Origin: Acidimicrobiia bacterium
Lineage (GTDB): Bacteria; Actinomycetota; Acidimicrobiia; Acidimicrobiales; Ilumatobacteraceae
DNA length: 25,637 bases
Reading direction: 5' to 3'
NCBI GenBank assembly: GCA_013815505.1
Contig: JACDGA010000001.1
Location: forward strand, 1 to 25,637
Both the position numbers and the translations under genes were made by a program. This document shows, piece after piece, positions 7,279-15,299 of this stretch; positions within the stretch are counted from its first letter, which is position 1, and every line of letters starts with the position of its first letter. A model generated the notes under the pieces. The model was not told the DNA's origin. It did no database searches and worked only from the letters and a program-made list of their open reading frames with translations.

Positions 7279-9300
7279 ATGGCCATCATCGAGCGCCCCG
7301 CCACCGAACCCGTCGTCGCTCCCACCCCCACTCCCGCCCCAATCGTGACGCCCTCCGAGGCGTTCGGCACGTTCCGCCGACCCGTCGAGACCACGGGATG
7401 GCGAGCATGGGTGTTCACCGTCGACCACAAGAAGATCGGCGTCATGTACGGCGCCGCTGCGCTGTTCTTCTTCGTGGTCGCCGGTCTCGAGGCGCTGCTC
7501 ATCCGTGCCCAGCTCGCCGGGCCGGAGGGCACGGTGCTATCGGCCGACGTCTACAACCAGATGTTCACGATGCACGCGACGACGATGATCTTCCTGTTCG
7601 CGATTCCGATGGCCGCCGGCCTCGCCAACTACCTCGTCCCGTTGCAGATCGGCGCCCGTGACGTCGCCTTCCCGCGCATCAACGCCTTTGGCTTCTGGTG
7701 CTTCCTCGCCGGCGGCATCGTCCTCAACCTCTCGTGGTTCCTCGGTGGCGCTGCCGACGGCGGCTGGTTCATGTACCAGCCCAACGCCTCCGTGCCGTTC
7801 TCGCCCACCAACGGCGTCGACTTCTGGGCGCTCGGCCTGCAGATCGCCGGCATCGCCTCGCTCACCGGCGCCATCAACCTGATCGTCACGATCCTCAACA
7901 TGCGGGCGCCGGGGATGAGCCTGATGCGCATGCCGGTGTTCACCTGGATGATCCTCGTGACCCAGTTCCTGCTCGTGTTCGCCATCCCGGTCATCACGGT
8001 GGCGTTCTTCCTGCTCACGTTCCAGCGAAGTTTCGACGCCGCCTTCTTCTCGCCGGCAGCCGGCGCCGACCCGCTGCTGTGGCAGCACCTGTTCTGGATC
8101 TTCGGGCATCCCGAGGTGTACATCCTCGTGCTGCCGTCGTTCGGCATCGTCTCCGAGGTGCTCCCGGTCTTCTCGAAGAAGCCACTGTTCGGCTACCCCT
8201 TCGTCGTCTTCTCGGGCATCGCCATCGGCTTCCTCGGGTGGGGCGTGTGGGCGCACCACATGTTCGCCTCGGGTCTCGGCCCCGTGTCGGTCGCCGTGTT
8301 CGCCACGGCGACGATGGCGATCGCCGTGCCGACCGGGGTCAAGATCATCAACTGGACGCTGACGATGTGGGGCGGCAAGTTGCGCTTCACCACGGCGATG
8401 CTCTTCGCCATGGGCCTCGTCGTGCAGTTCACGATCGGTGGCCTGTCGGGCGTCACGCACTCGGTCGCGCCGTCGGACACCCAGCAGACCGACACGTACT
8501 ACATCGTCGCCCACTTCCACTACGTCCTGTTTGGCGGGTCGGTGCTCGGGTTCTTCGCCGGCTTCTACTACTGGTGGCCGAAGGTCTTCGGCAAGTGCCT
8601 CAGCGAACGGCTGGGACGTTGGAACTTCTGGCTGATGATCATCGGGATGAACTTGACGTTCGGTCCGATGCACATCCTCGGCCTGCAGGGACAGCCGCGA
8701 CGGATGTACATCTGGACGACGGAGCGCTCGGGTGAGGGGTTCTTCAACCTCGGGTTCTGGAACCTCGTGTCGTCCATCGGTGCGTTCATCCTGGCCGTCG
8801 GTGTGCTCTTCTTCCTGACCAACATCGTCCACACGCATCGCAAGGGTGCGCCGGCGCCGCTTGACCCGTGGGACGCACGCACGCTCGAGTGGATTACGAC
8901 GAACCCGCCGAAAGAGCACAACTTCGACCGCGTCCCAACCGTCAGCCACCTCGACGAGTTCTTCCATCGCAAGTACGAGGACGTCGGCGAGGGTGATGCC
9001 CACGATCTCCGTGCGGTGGCGACCGCCGAGGAGGTGCTGGCCGCCGAGCAGGCACAGGCCGACGCCCAGATCCACATGCCGTCGCCGAGCTACTGGCCGA
9101 TCGTGGTCGCCGCCACGCTGCCGGTCATCGCCCTCGGGATCATCTACGGCGTGTACATCGTGTCCATCGTGGGTGCGCTGCTGATGGTGTTTGGGATCTT
9201 CGGCTGGGCGATGGAGCCCGGCACCGCGCCCGACTCGGACTTCGATCCGTCCCCGGTCGACGACGGCGGGCCGACCACGGAGCTGGTTCGAAGTGAGTGA
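7279..9300 (+). CDS. ctaD: Cytochrome c oxidase subunit I (A1 type) with C-terminal extension
   Basis: FTMHA, WIFGHPEVY, VWAHHMF, VAHFHY, D-pathway GARDVAFPRIN, K-pathway VPTGVKI, GQPRR. Extra IHMPSPSYWP plus hydrophobic helices at the C-terminus. Confidence 0.98.
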   Translation: MAIIERPATEPVVAPTPTPAPIVTPSEAFGTFRRPVETTGWRAWVFTVDHKKIGVMYGAAALFFFVVAGLEALLIRAQLAGPEGTVLSADVYNQMFTMHATTMIFLFAIPMAAGLANYLVPLQIGARDVAFPRINAFGFWCFLAGGIVLNLSWFLGGAADGGWFMYQPNASVPFSPTNGVDFWALGLQIAGIASLTGAINLIVTILNMRAPGMSLMRMPVFTWMILVTQFLLVFAIPVITVAFFLLTFQRSFDAAFFSPAAGADPLLWQHLFWIFGHPEVYILVLPSFGIVSEVLPVFSKKPLFGYPFVVFSGIAIGFLGWGVWAHHMFASGLGPVSVAVFATATMAIAVPTGVKIINWTLTMWGGKLRFTTAMLFAMGLVVQFTIGGLSGVTHSVAPSDTQQTDTYYIVAHFHYVLFGGSVLGFFAGFYYWWPKVFGKCLSERLGRWNFWLMIIGMNLTFGPMHILGLQGQPRRMYIWTTERSGEGFFNLGFWNLVSSIGAFILAVGVLFFLTNIVHTHRKGAPAPLDPWDARTLEWITTNPPKEHNFDRVPTVSHLDEFFHRKYEDVGEGDAHDLRAVATAEEVLAAEQAQADAQIHMPSPSYWPIVVAATLPVIALGIIYGVYIVSIVGALLMVFGIFGWAMEPGTAPDSDFDPSPVDDGGPTTELVRSE

Positions 9301-9946
9301 CGCAGCCACGCTCGAGGCCCAGGTGGCTCACGACGACCACGGCGATCACGGTGGGCACGGTGGGAACGGCGCTGGCCACCCACCCACCACGACTGGCCTG
9401 TCACACAACAAGCTCGGCATGTGGCTGTTCCTCGGGTCGGAGTGCCTGCTGTTCGGTGGGTTGATCAGCACGTACATGCTCTACCGCGGGCGAGCCAGCG
9501 AGAACCTCGGTCCCGACCAGATCTACGACCTCCCGTTCACGTCGGTGTCGAGCTTCGTGCTGCTGATGAGCTCGCTCACCATGGTGCTCGCCGTCTCGGC
9601 GGCCGGCCGCAAGGACGTGCGCAACGTGAAGCTGTGGCTCACCGTCACGGCACTGCTCGGCGCGACGTTCGTCGGTGGCCAGGTGTACGAGTTCACCAGC
9701 TTCTACCGCGAGGGCCTCGGCTTCACCACGAGCTTGTTCTCGTCGAGCTTCTACGCCCTCACCGGCTTCCACGGCGTCCACGTCTCGGTGGGCATCATCA
9801 TGTTGCTCGCCGTCGTCGGCATGATCTCTCGTGACCGCATCCCTGGCGACAGGGCTGAGGTCGTCGAGCTGGTCGGGCTCTACTGGCACTTCGTCGACAT
9901 CGTGTGGATCGTGATCTTCACCCTCGTCTACCTGATCCCGGCGTGA
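9293..9946 (+). CDS. ctaE: Cytochrome c oxidase subunit III (5-helix type)
   Basis: GMWLFLGSECLLFG, FYALTGFHGVHVSVG, GLYWHFVDIVW. GTG 9293 preceded by GGAG and overlapping the ctaD end. Confidence 0.95.
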   Translation: MSDAATLEAQVAHDDHGDHGGHGGNGAGHPPTTTGLSHNKLGMWLFLGSECLLFGGLISTYMLYRGRASENLGPDQIYDLPFTSVSSFVLLMSSLTMVLAVSAAGRKDVRNVKLWLTVTALLGATFVGGQVYEFTSFYREGLGFTTSLFSSSFYALTGFHGVHVSVGIIMLLAVVGMISRDRIPGDRAEVVELVGLYWHFVDIVWIVIFTLVYLIPA

Positions 9947-9959
9947 GCGAGAAGGTGTC

Positions 9960-10319
9960 ATGAGCGAATCCACCACCCTCGACGAGACGGCAACCGGCAC
10001 GGATGCCACCGCGCAGCACTCGCCCGAGCCCCCCGACGACGGGCACGCTCACGGCGCCACCGACGGTCAGTACATCGTCATCGCCCTGATCCTGGCCGTC
10101 ATCACCGCCGCCGAGGTGTCGCTCAGCTACATGGACGTCGGGCCGATCTTCATCCCCGCCCTGCTCGTGATGATGGCCGTCAAGTTCGTCATCGTCGTCA
10201 GCTACTTCATGCACCTGAAGTTCGACAACCGGATCTTCTCGTTCCTCTTCTACTCGGGACTCCTCCTCGCCCTCGGCGTCTACGTCCTCGCCCTCGCCAC
10301 CTTCGAATTCTTCGCGTAG
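9960..10319 (+). CDS. Prokaryotic cytochrome c oxidase subunit IV family protein
   Basis: YIVIALILAVITAAEV, AVKFVIVVSYFMHLKFD (FMHL motif), three TM helices. Confidence 0.9.
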   Translation: MSESTTLDETATGTDATAQHSPEPPDDGHAHGATDGQYIVIALILAVITAAEVSLSYMDVGPIFIPALLVMMAVKFVIVVSYFMHLKFDNRIFSFLFYSGLLLALGVYVLALATFEFFA

Positions 10320-10505
10320 TCGCACTCACTCGCCGTCGCCGCCTTCGGCGGCTCGGCTCCGTTCCTGCGAGTTTGAGGGCCTCGCTGCGCTCGGCGGGGC
10401 GCGACTGGTCTGGGCCAACGTCTGTCGCGCCGGCCAAGCCGGCGCTCGTGCGTCCGCCTGATACCAGGGCCGCCTTCGTCCTCTGCTCGCCGGTAGGTTC
10501 GTCGA

Positions 10506-11825
10506 GTGCTCGATCTGCGTGCGATTCGTCACGATCCCGGAGCGGTACGTGACGCGCTCGCACGGCGGCATTCGGCAGCCGTGCTCAGTGACTTCGATCG
10601 GGCGGTGGAGCTGGATCTCGGTGTACGGGAGCTGACTGCGGCGCGTGACCGGGCACGGGCGGAGATCAACGAAATCTCGAAGGAGGTCGGTGCGCTGCGG
10701 CGCGCCGGTGACGTCGAGGGAGCCGAGCGCCTGCAAGCGCGCAGTCGAGAGCTCGGGTCGAACGAGAAGAATCTCGCCGCGCAGCACGGTCTGGCGGAGA
10801 CCTCGCTGCGGGAGGTGTTGCTCGGGATTCCCAACGTGCCGCATGCCGATGCGCCCGATGGCACGAGTGACGCCGACAACCCGGTGGTCACCGGGCCGGT
10901 CGGGATGCCGGACGAGTTTGCCCCGCACCAGTGTGTGCCGCACTGGGAGACCGGCGCCGCGCTCGGCATCCTCGACGCCGAACGGGCGGTGAAGATCAGC
11001 GGCGCGATGTTCAACCTGCAGCGTGGCCTCGGCGCGACCCTCGCCAGGGCGCTGTGTCAGTACGCCCTCGACTGCAACGCCGACGCTTTCGAGGAGGTCC
11101 GCCCACCGTCGCTCGTCACCTCGGCGACGCTGACGGCGAGCGGCCAGCTGCCGAAGTTCGCCGACGACGCGTACCACATCGCCAACGACGACCTCTGGTG
11201 CATCCCGACGGCCGAGGTGCCGCTCACCTCGCTCTACGGCGGGGAGATCGTGCCCGAGGCGTCACTCCCGATCCGGATGATGGCGGCGACCCCCTGCTAC
11301 CGGCGCGAAGCCGGATCGGCGGGACGCGACACGCGGGGCATGCTGCGCGTCCACGAGTTCGACAAGGTCGAGATCCTCGCCGTGTGCACGCCCGAGCAAG
11401 CGCCGGCGTTGCTCGACGACATGGTCGCCAGGGCGGAGGCCACCATCGCCGGCCTCGGTCTGGCGTATCGCGTGATCGAGATCTGCACCGGCGACCTCGG
11501 CCAGAGCCATCACCGCAGCCTCGACATCGAGGTCTACGCGCCGGGTGCCGAACAGTGGCTCGAGGTCTCGTCGGTCAGCTGGTTCAGCGACTACCAGGCC
11601 AGGCGCGCCGACATCCGCGTGCGGCGCGAGCCGCGCGACGGCGAGCAGCAGCCCAAGGGCACCGAGATCGCCCACACGCTCAACGGTTCGGCGCTCGCCG
11701 TGCCACGCGTGTGGGCCGCGATCCTCGAGCACTGCCGCCAGCCCGACGGGTCCGTGCTGATTCCCGACGTGCTGCACCCGTACACGCGCGGGGCGACGCG
11801 GATCTCCCTCCCGGCTTCGAGCTGA
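10506..11825 (+). CDS. serS: Serine--tRNA ligase
   Basis: IPTAEVP, CYRREAGSAGRDTRGMLRVHEFDKVE, EVSSVS, HTLNGSALAVPR. Confidence 0.97.
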   Translation: MLDLRAIRHDPGAVRDALARRHSAAVLSDFDRAVELDLGVRELTAARDRARAEINEISKEVGALRRAGDVEGAERLQARSRELGSNEKNLAAQHGLAETSLREVLLGIPNVPHADAPDGTSDADNPVVTGPVGMPDEFAPHQCVPHWETGAALGILDAERAVKISGAMFNLQRGLGATLARALCQYALDCNADAFEEVRPPSLVTSATLTASGQLPKFADDAYHIANDDLWCIPTAEVPLTSLYGGEIVPEASLPIRMMAATPCYRREAGSAGRDTRGMLRVHEFDKVEILAVCTPEQAPALLDDMVARAEATIAGLGLAYRVIEICTGDLGQSHHRSLDIEVYAPGAEQWLEVSSVSWFSDYQARRADIRVRREPRDGEQQPKGTEIAHTLNGSALAVPRVWAAILEHCRQPDGSVLIPDVLHPYTRGATRISLPASS

Positions 11826-11834
11826 GGTGGCCCG

Positions 11835-12473
11835 GTGAGCACGCCGCCGCGTGAGCACGTGCAGTATCAGTCCGATGCGTTCGACGTCGGCGATCTCGCT
11901 GCCACGCCCTTCGAGCAGTGGCAGCGCTGGTACGCCGACGCGCTCGCCGCCGACGTGCCCGAACCCGACGCGATGATCGTCGCGACCTTGGACGACAATG
12001 GGGCACCCGACGCACGAGTCGTGCTGTTGCGGGACATCGACGATCGCGGGCCCGTGTTCTACACCAGCTACGAGAGCGCCAAGAGCACCCAGCTCGATGC
12101 CCGTCCCGTGGCTGCCGGCGTCGTCACGTGGGTGACGCTGCACCGCCAGGTTCGCTTCCGTGGCGCCGTCGAACGCGTCGACGCCCACCAGAGCGACGCC
12201 TACTTCTCGACCCGGCCGAGGGGCAGTCAGATCGGCGCTTGGGCATCGCCGCAGAGCGGCGAGCTACCCGACCGCGATGCGCTCGTTGCGCTCGTCGCCG
12301 CCGCCGAGCAACGCTTCGAGGGACGTGACGTGCCGCGGCCGCCGCAGTGGGGCGGTTGGCGGATCCTCGCCGACACGGTCGAGTTCTGGCAGGGCCAGCG
12401 CGACCGCCTCCACGATCGGCTCCGCTTCGAACGCGCCGGCGACACGTGGACGGTCACCCGACTCGCGCCCTGA
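11835..12473 (+). CDS. pdxH: Pyridoxamine 5'-phosphate oxidase
   Basis: PDARVVLL, FYTSYESAK, RQVRFRG, YFSTRPRGSQIGAWASPQS, VEFWQGQRDRLHDR. Confidence 0.95.
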   Translation: MSTPPREHVQYQSDAFDVGDLAATPFEQWQRWYADALAADVPEPDAMIVATLDDNGAPDARVVLLRDIDDRGPVFYTSYESAKSTQLDARPVAAGVVTWVTLHRQVRFRGAVERVDAHQSDAYFSTRPRGSQIGAWASPQSGELPDRDALVALVAAAEQRFEGRDVPRPPQWGGWRILADTVEFWQGQRDRLHDRLRFERAGDTWTVTRLAP

Positions 12474-12543
12474 GACGTCGCGGCCGTTCGCGCGCGATGC
12501 TGTCCGACGTGATGGAGTTGCTCGTACAGCCCGGGACACGCTG

Positions 12544-13383
12544 ATGCTCGTTTGGATGGACCTCGAGATGACGGGGCTCGACCACCAGCAGGACGTCATC
12601 GTCGAGATCGCCACGCTTGTCACCGACGACGACCTGAACATCGTGGCCGAGGGGCCCGACCTCGTCATCTACCAGCCCGACGAGGTCCTCGACAAGATGG
12701 ATCCGTTCGTGGCCGGCATGCACACGCGCTCCGGCCTGCTCGAGGCCATTCGCACGTCCCACGTGACGCTGCAGGACGCCGGGGCGGCGACGTACGAGTT
12801 CATCCGGTCGTACGCGCCGGTGCCGCGCACCGTGCCGCTGTGCGGCAACTCGATCGGCACCGATCGCCGTTTCCTCGCGGCCTATCTCCCCGAGATCGAG
12901 CAGCACCTGCACTACCGGTCCGTCGACGTGTCGAGCGTCAAGGAGCTCGTCAAGCGCTGGTACCGGCCGGTGTGGGACGAGCGGCCACGCAAGGAGGGGA
13001 CGCACCGGGCGCTCGACGACATCCGCGACAGCGTCGACGAGCTGCGCTTCTACCGGCGCCACGCCTTCGTGCCGCCCGTGACCGGCGTCCGGCACGTCGT
13101 GCTGTTCCGGTGGGTCGACGACGCCACGCCCGAGCAGATCGCGACGGTGAAGAGCGCGCTCGCCTCGTTGCCGTTGCTGATCCCCGAGATCAGCGGCTAC
13201 CGCGTCGGCGCCGACCTCGGCCTCGCCGGCGACAACGCGCAGTTCGCCGTCGTTGGCGACTTCGCCGACGAGGAGGCGTGGACGACCTACCGTGACCACC
13301 CAGAACACCAGAAGATCATCGCCGAGCTGATCCGTCCCCTCGTCGCGCAGCGCTGGGCAGTGCAGTTCCGCAGCGGCTCGTGA
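12544..13383 (+). CDS. orn: Oligoribonuclease fused in frame to a C-terminal Dabb (stress-responsive alpha/beta barrel) domain
   Basis: LVWMDLEMTGLD, LCGNSIGTDRRFL, HYRSVDVSSVKEL, HRALDDIRDS; then RHVVLFRW...YRDHPEHQ typical of Dabb. Confidence 0.9.
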   Translation: MLVWMDLEMTGLDHQQDVIVEIATLVTDDDLNIVAEGPDLVIYQPDEVLDKMDPFVAGMHTRSGLLEAIRTSHVTLQDAGAATYEFIRSYAPVPRTVPLCGNSIGTDRRFLAAYLPEIEQHLHYRSVDVSSVKELVKRWYRPVWDERPRKEGTHRALDDIRDSVDELRFYRRHAFVPPVTGVRHVVLFRWVDDATPEQIATVKSALASLPLLIPEISGYRVGADLGLAGDNAQFAVVGDFADEEAWTTYRDHPEHQKIIAELIRPLVAQRWAVQFRSGS

Positions 13384-14357
13384 GGGCCGTCGTGATCCCC
13401 GAGTACGGGGACGCCGATGTCCTTGCGGTCGAGGACGTCGACGATCCCGTGCCGGGTCCCGACGAGATCGTCGTCGCCGTGCGATCGACCGCCCTCAACC
13501 GCGCCGACCTGTTGCAGCGCATGGGTCTCTACCCCGACCCGAGCGGGCGCACGCCCGAGATCCCCGGCCTGGAGTATGCGGGGGTCGTCAGCGCGGTCGG
13601 CACGCGCGTGCACGCCTGGCGCGAGGGCGACAAGGTGATGGGCATCGAGTCCGGTGGCTGTCACGCCGAGCTGGTGGCGACCCACGGGCGTCAGGCGATG
13701 CGGGTCCCCGACGGCGTGCCGCTCGCCGACGCCGGCGCGATCCCCGAGGTCTTCGTGACCGCATGGGACGCCCTCGTCCGCCAGGGTGGGCTGACGGCCG
13801 GTCGGTGGGCACTCGTCCACGCCGGCGCCTCCGGCGTCGGAACCGCCGCGATCCAACTCGCCAAGGCAATGGGCGCGCACATCGCTGTGACGTGCTCGTC
13901 CGGCAAGGCCGACCGTTGCCGCGAGCTCGGCGCCGACCTCGTCCTCGAGCGCAGTCCCGCCGCGTGGCGCGATGCGCTGCGCGACGCCGTGCCCGACGGC
14001 GTCGATGTCGTGCTCGACGTCGTCGGTGGCGACGAGATCGAGCGCAACCTGCACGTCGTGCGCACCGAGGGTCGCATCATCCAGGTCGGCGTGATGGGCG
14101 GCGGCGCCGCATCGGTCAACGCCGGGCTGCTGCTGGCGAAGCGCGTGCACTGGATCGGCACCACGTTGCGGTCACGTCCGCTGGAGTCGAAGATCGCGGT
14201 CAGCCAGCAGTTCCAGCGTGAGGTGGCGCCGTGGTTCAGCGACGGGACGCTCGTCCCCGTCATCGATCGTCGTCTCGCGCTCGACGATGTCGTCGAGGGG
14301 CACCGCGTGATGGAGTCCAACGCGAACGTCGGCAAGATCGTGCTCGACGTCGCCTGA
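13380..14357 (+). CDS. NAD(P)H-quinone oxidoreductase, PIG3/zeta-crystallin (MDR) family
   Basis: ALNRADLLQRMGLYP, PGLEYAG, IPEVFVTAW, LVHAGASGVGTAAIQLA, GKIVL. Confidence 0.9.
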   Translation: MRAVVIPEYGDADVLAVEDVDDPVPGPDEIVVAVRSTALNRADLLQRMGLYPDPSGRTPEIPGLEYAGVVSAVGTRVHAWREGDKVMGIESGGCHAELVATHGRQAMRVPDGVPLADAGAIPEVFVTAWDALVRQGGLTAGRWALVHAGASGVGTAAIQLAKAMGAHIAVTCSSGKADRCRELGADLVLERSPAAWRDALRDAVPDGVDVVLDVVGGDEIERNLHVVRTEGRIIQVGVMGGGAASVNAGLLLAKRVHWIGTTLRSRPLESKIAVSQQFQREVAPWFSDGTLVPVIDRRLALDDVVEGHRVMESNANVGKIVLDVA

Positions 14358-14384
14358 TCGGCACCGAGGGGACCGATGACACAC

Positions 14385-14399
14385 CAAATGTCCTTGACT
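14385..14399 (+). promoter_or_regulatory. Candidate -35 (TTGACT) with an A/T run just upstream (CAAATGTCC-TTGACT), possible WhiB7 autoregulated promoter
   Basis: TTGACT at 14394-14399 with AAAT ending 4 nt upstream, the arrangement known for WhiB7/WblC promoters. No convincing -10 was found at normal spacing. Confidence 0.35.
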
Positions 14400-14492
14400 T
14401 GCCGTCGGCGAACGTGGTTCCCTGACAGTCAGCAGCAGCCGGGGGCGTTCTCTCGGCGCGACGACACTCACCACGAAAGCGAGCACCGACCG

Positions 14493-14681
14493 ATGATCCA
14501 GGCCTTCGAACACAGCGCAGCGAGCAAGCGTGCTCGCGTCGCGTGGGTCGCGGCCGATCTCGGTCAGGCCACCCTCGCACGCGTGAGCGAGCCGCTCATG
14601 CGTTGCACGTCGACCGGCACGACCGCCACCCTCTCGCCCAACGACACGGGCACCCGGTGCCTCGGGAGCGAACCGATGTAA
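14493..14681 (+). CDS. 62-aa leader peptide (uORF) of the whiB7-like gene
   Basis: MIQAFEHSAASKRARVAWVAADLGQATLARVSEPLMRCTSTGTTATLSPNDTGTRCLGSEPM. GAAAG-type initiation region shared with the downstream gene; stop lies 20 nt before a strong hairpin. Confidence 0.7.
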   Translation: MIQAFEHSAASKRARVAWVAADLGQATLARVSEPLMRCTSTGTTATLSPNDTGTRCLGSEPM

Positions 14682-14748
14682 GTACCCCTTTCATCGAAGA
14701 CTCACGAGGCCGCCGGGAACATAGTTTCCGGCGGCCTCGTGACGTTTT
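14653..14748 (+). terminator. Transcription attenuator (intrinsic terminator with a competing antiterminator)
   Basis: Perfect 15-bp stem 14702-14716/14728-14742 followed by CGTTTT. 14653-14668 in the uORF can alternatively pair with 14701-14717. Confidence 0.8.
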
Positions 14749-14842
14749 CGGCCCGACGTGTCCGTCCGTCCCACCTCTTACTCCACGAACCACCCACCTG
14801 ACACCGCACTCGACACCACACCACCACGAAAGGCCTCGACCG

Positions 14843-15175
14843 ATGTTGAGCTTCATTGAAATCGCAGATCGACGAACCGACGCCGTCGACACGCGTCCGG
14901 TCATCCCGCGCTGCGCCGACGGCAACGGCACGCTCACCCCGCTCTTCTTCTCCGACGACCTGATCGACATCGGACGAGCGAAGGCGATCTGCGGCAAGTG
15001 CGAGCTCGCCGCATCCTGCCTGGCGGGAGCACTGGAGCGAGAAGAGCCGTGGGGCGTGTGGGGTGGCCAGCTGTTGGAGAACGGTCGGATCATCCTCAAC
15101 AAGCGTCCCTGCGGCCGTCCGCCGCGTCGCCCACGACCCGAGCTCGTGATCGACGAGATGGGCGTCGTCGCCTGA
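14843..15175 (+). CDS. whiB7: WhiB-family Fe-S transcription factor, WhiB7/WblC-like
   Basis: Four Cys (PRCAD, ICGKC, SCL), EPWGVWGG turn, C-terminal basic AT-hook-like KRPCGRPPRRPRP, plus uORF/attenuator leader. Confidence 0.8.
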   Translation: MLSFIEIADRRTDAVDTRPVIPRCADGNGTLTPLFFSDDLIDIGRAKAICGKCELAASCLAGALEREEPWGVWGGQLLENGRIILNKRPCGRPPRRPRPELVIDEMGVVA

Positions 15176-15203
15176 TCTGAACAGTTCCTACCTGGGGCCC
15201 GTC

Positions 15204-15245
15204 GGTCGCTCCCGTCCATCTTCCCCCCGGTGGACGGGAGCGGCC
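15204..15245 (+). terminator. Hairpin terminator after whiB7
   Basis: GGTCGCTCCCGTCCA / TGGACGGGAGCGGCC 15-bp stem (one G-U). No U-tract, as is common in actinobacteria. Confidence 0.6.
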
Positions 15246-15299
15246 CCGGCGCCCCATCACCCGGCGTCATGGGCACCGGCGTCGGTAGCCTGCTCGGAG

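Noticed and set aside
7537-9309. 590-aa minus-strand ORF opposite ctaD (also 2612-4180, 1415-2560, 22539-23867, 23864-24991, 17281-18840 and similar)
   Set aside because: Antisense shadows of well-supported genes. High GC at third positions suppresses stops on the opposite strand; the translations are Arg/Gly/Asp/His-rich with no family motifs.
10320-10505. T-box or other leader riboswitch upstream of serS
   Set aside because: No T-box AGGGTGGNACCGCG-like motif is seen, and TAGGTT 6 nt before the GTG suggests a leaderless serS mRNA.
14376-14492. Longer 101-aa version of the uORF and the 210-aa version of whiB7 in the ORF track
   Set aside because: The upstream extensions overlap the probable promoter or attenuator and lack RBS support; ATG 14493 and ATG 14843 share a clear initiation motif.
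14493-14681. uORF as a RiPP precursor (Ser/Thr/Cys-rich C-terminus)
   Set aside because: No modifying enzymes or transporters nearby; its position and pairing with the terminator explain it as a leader peptide.
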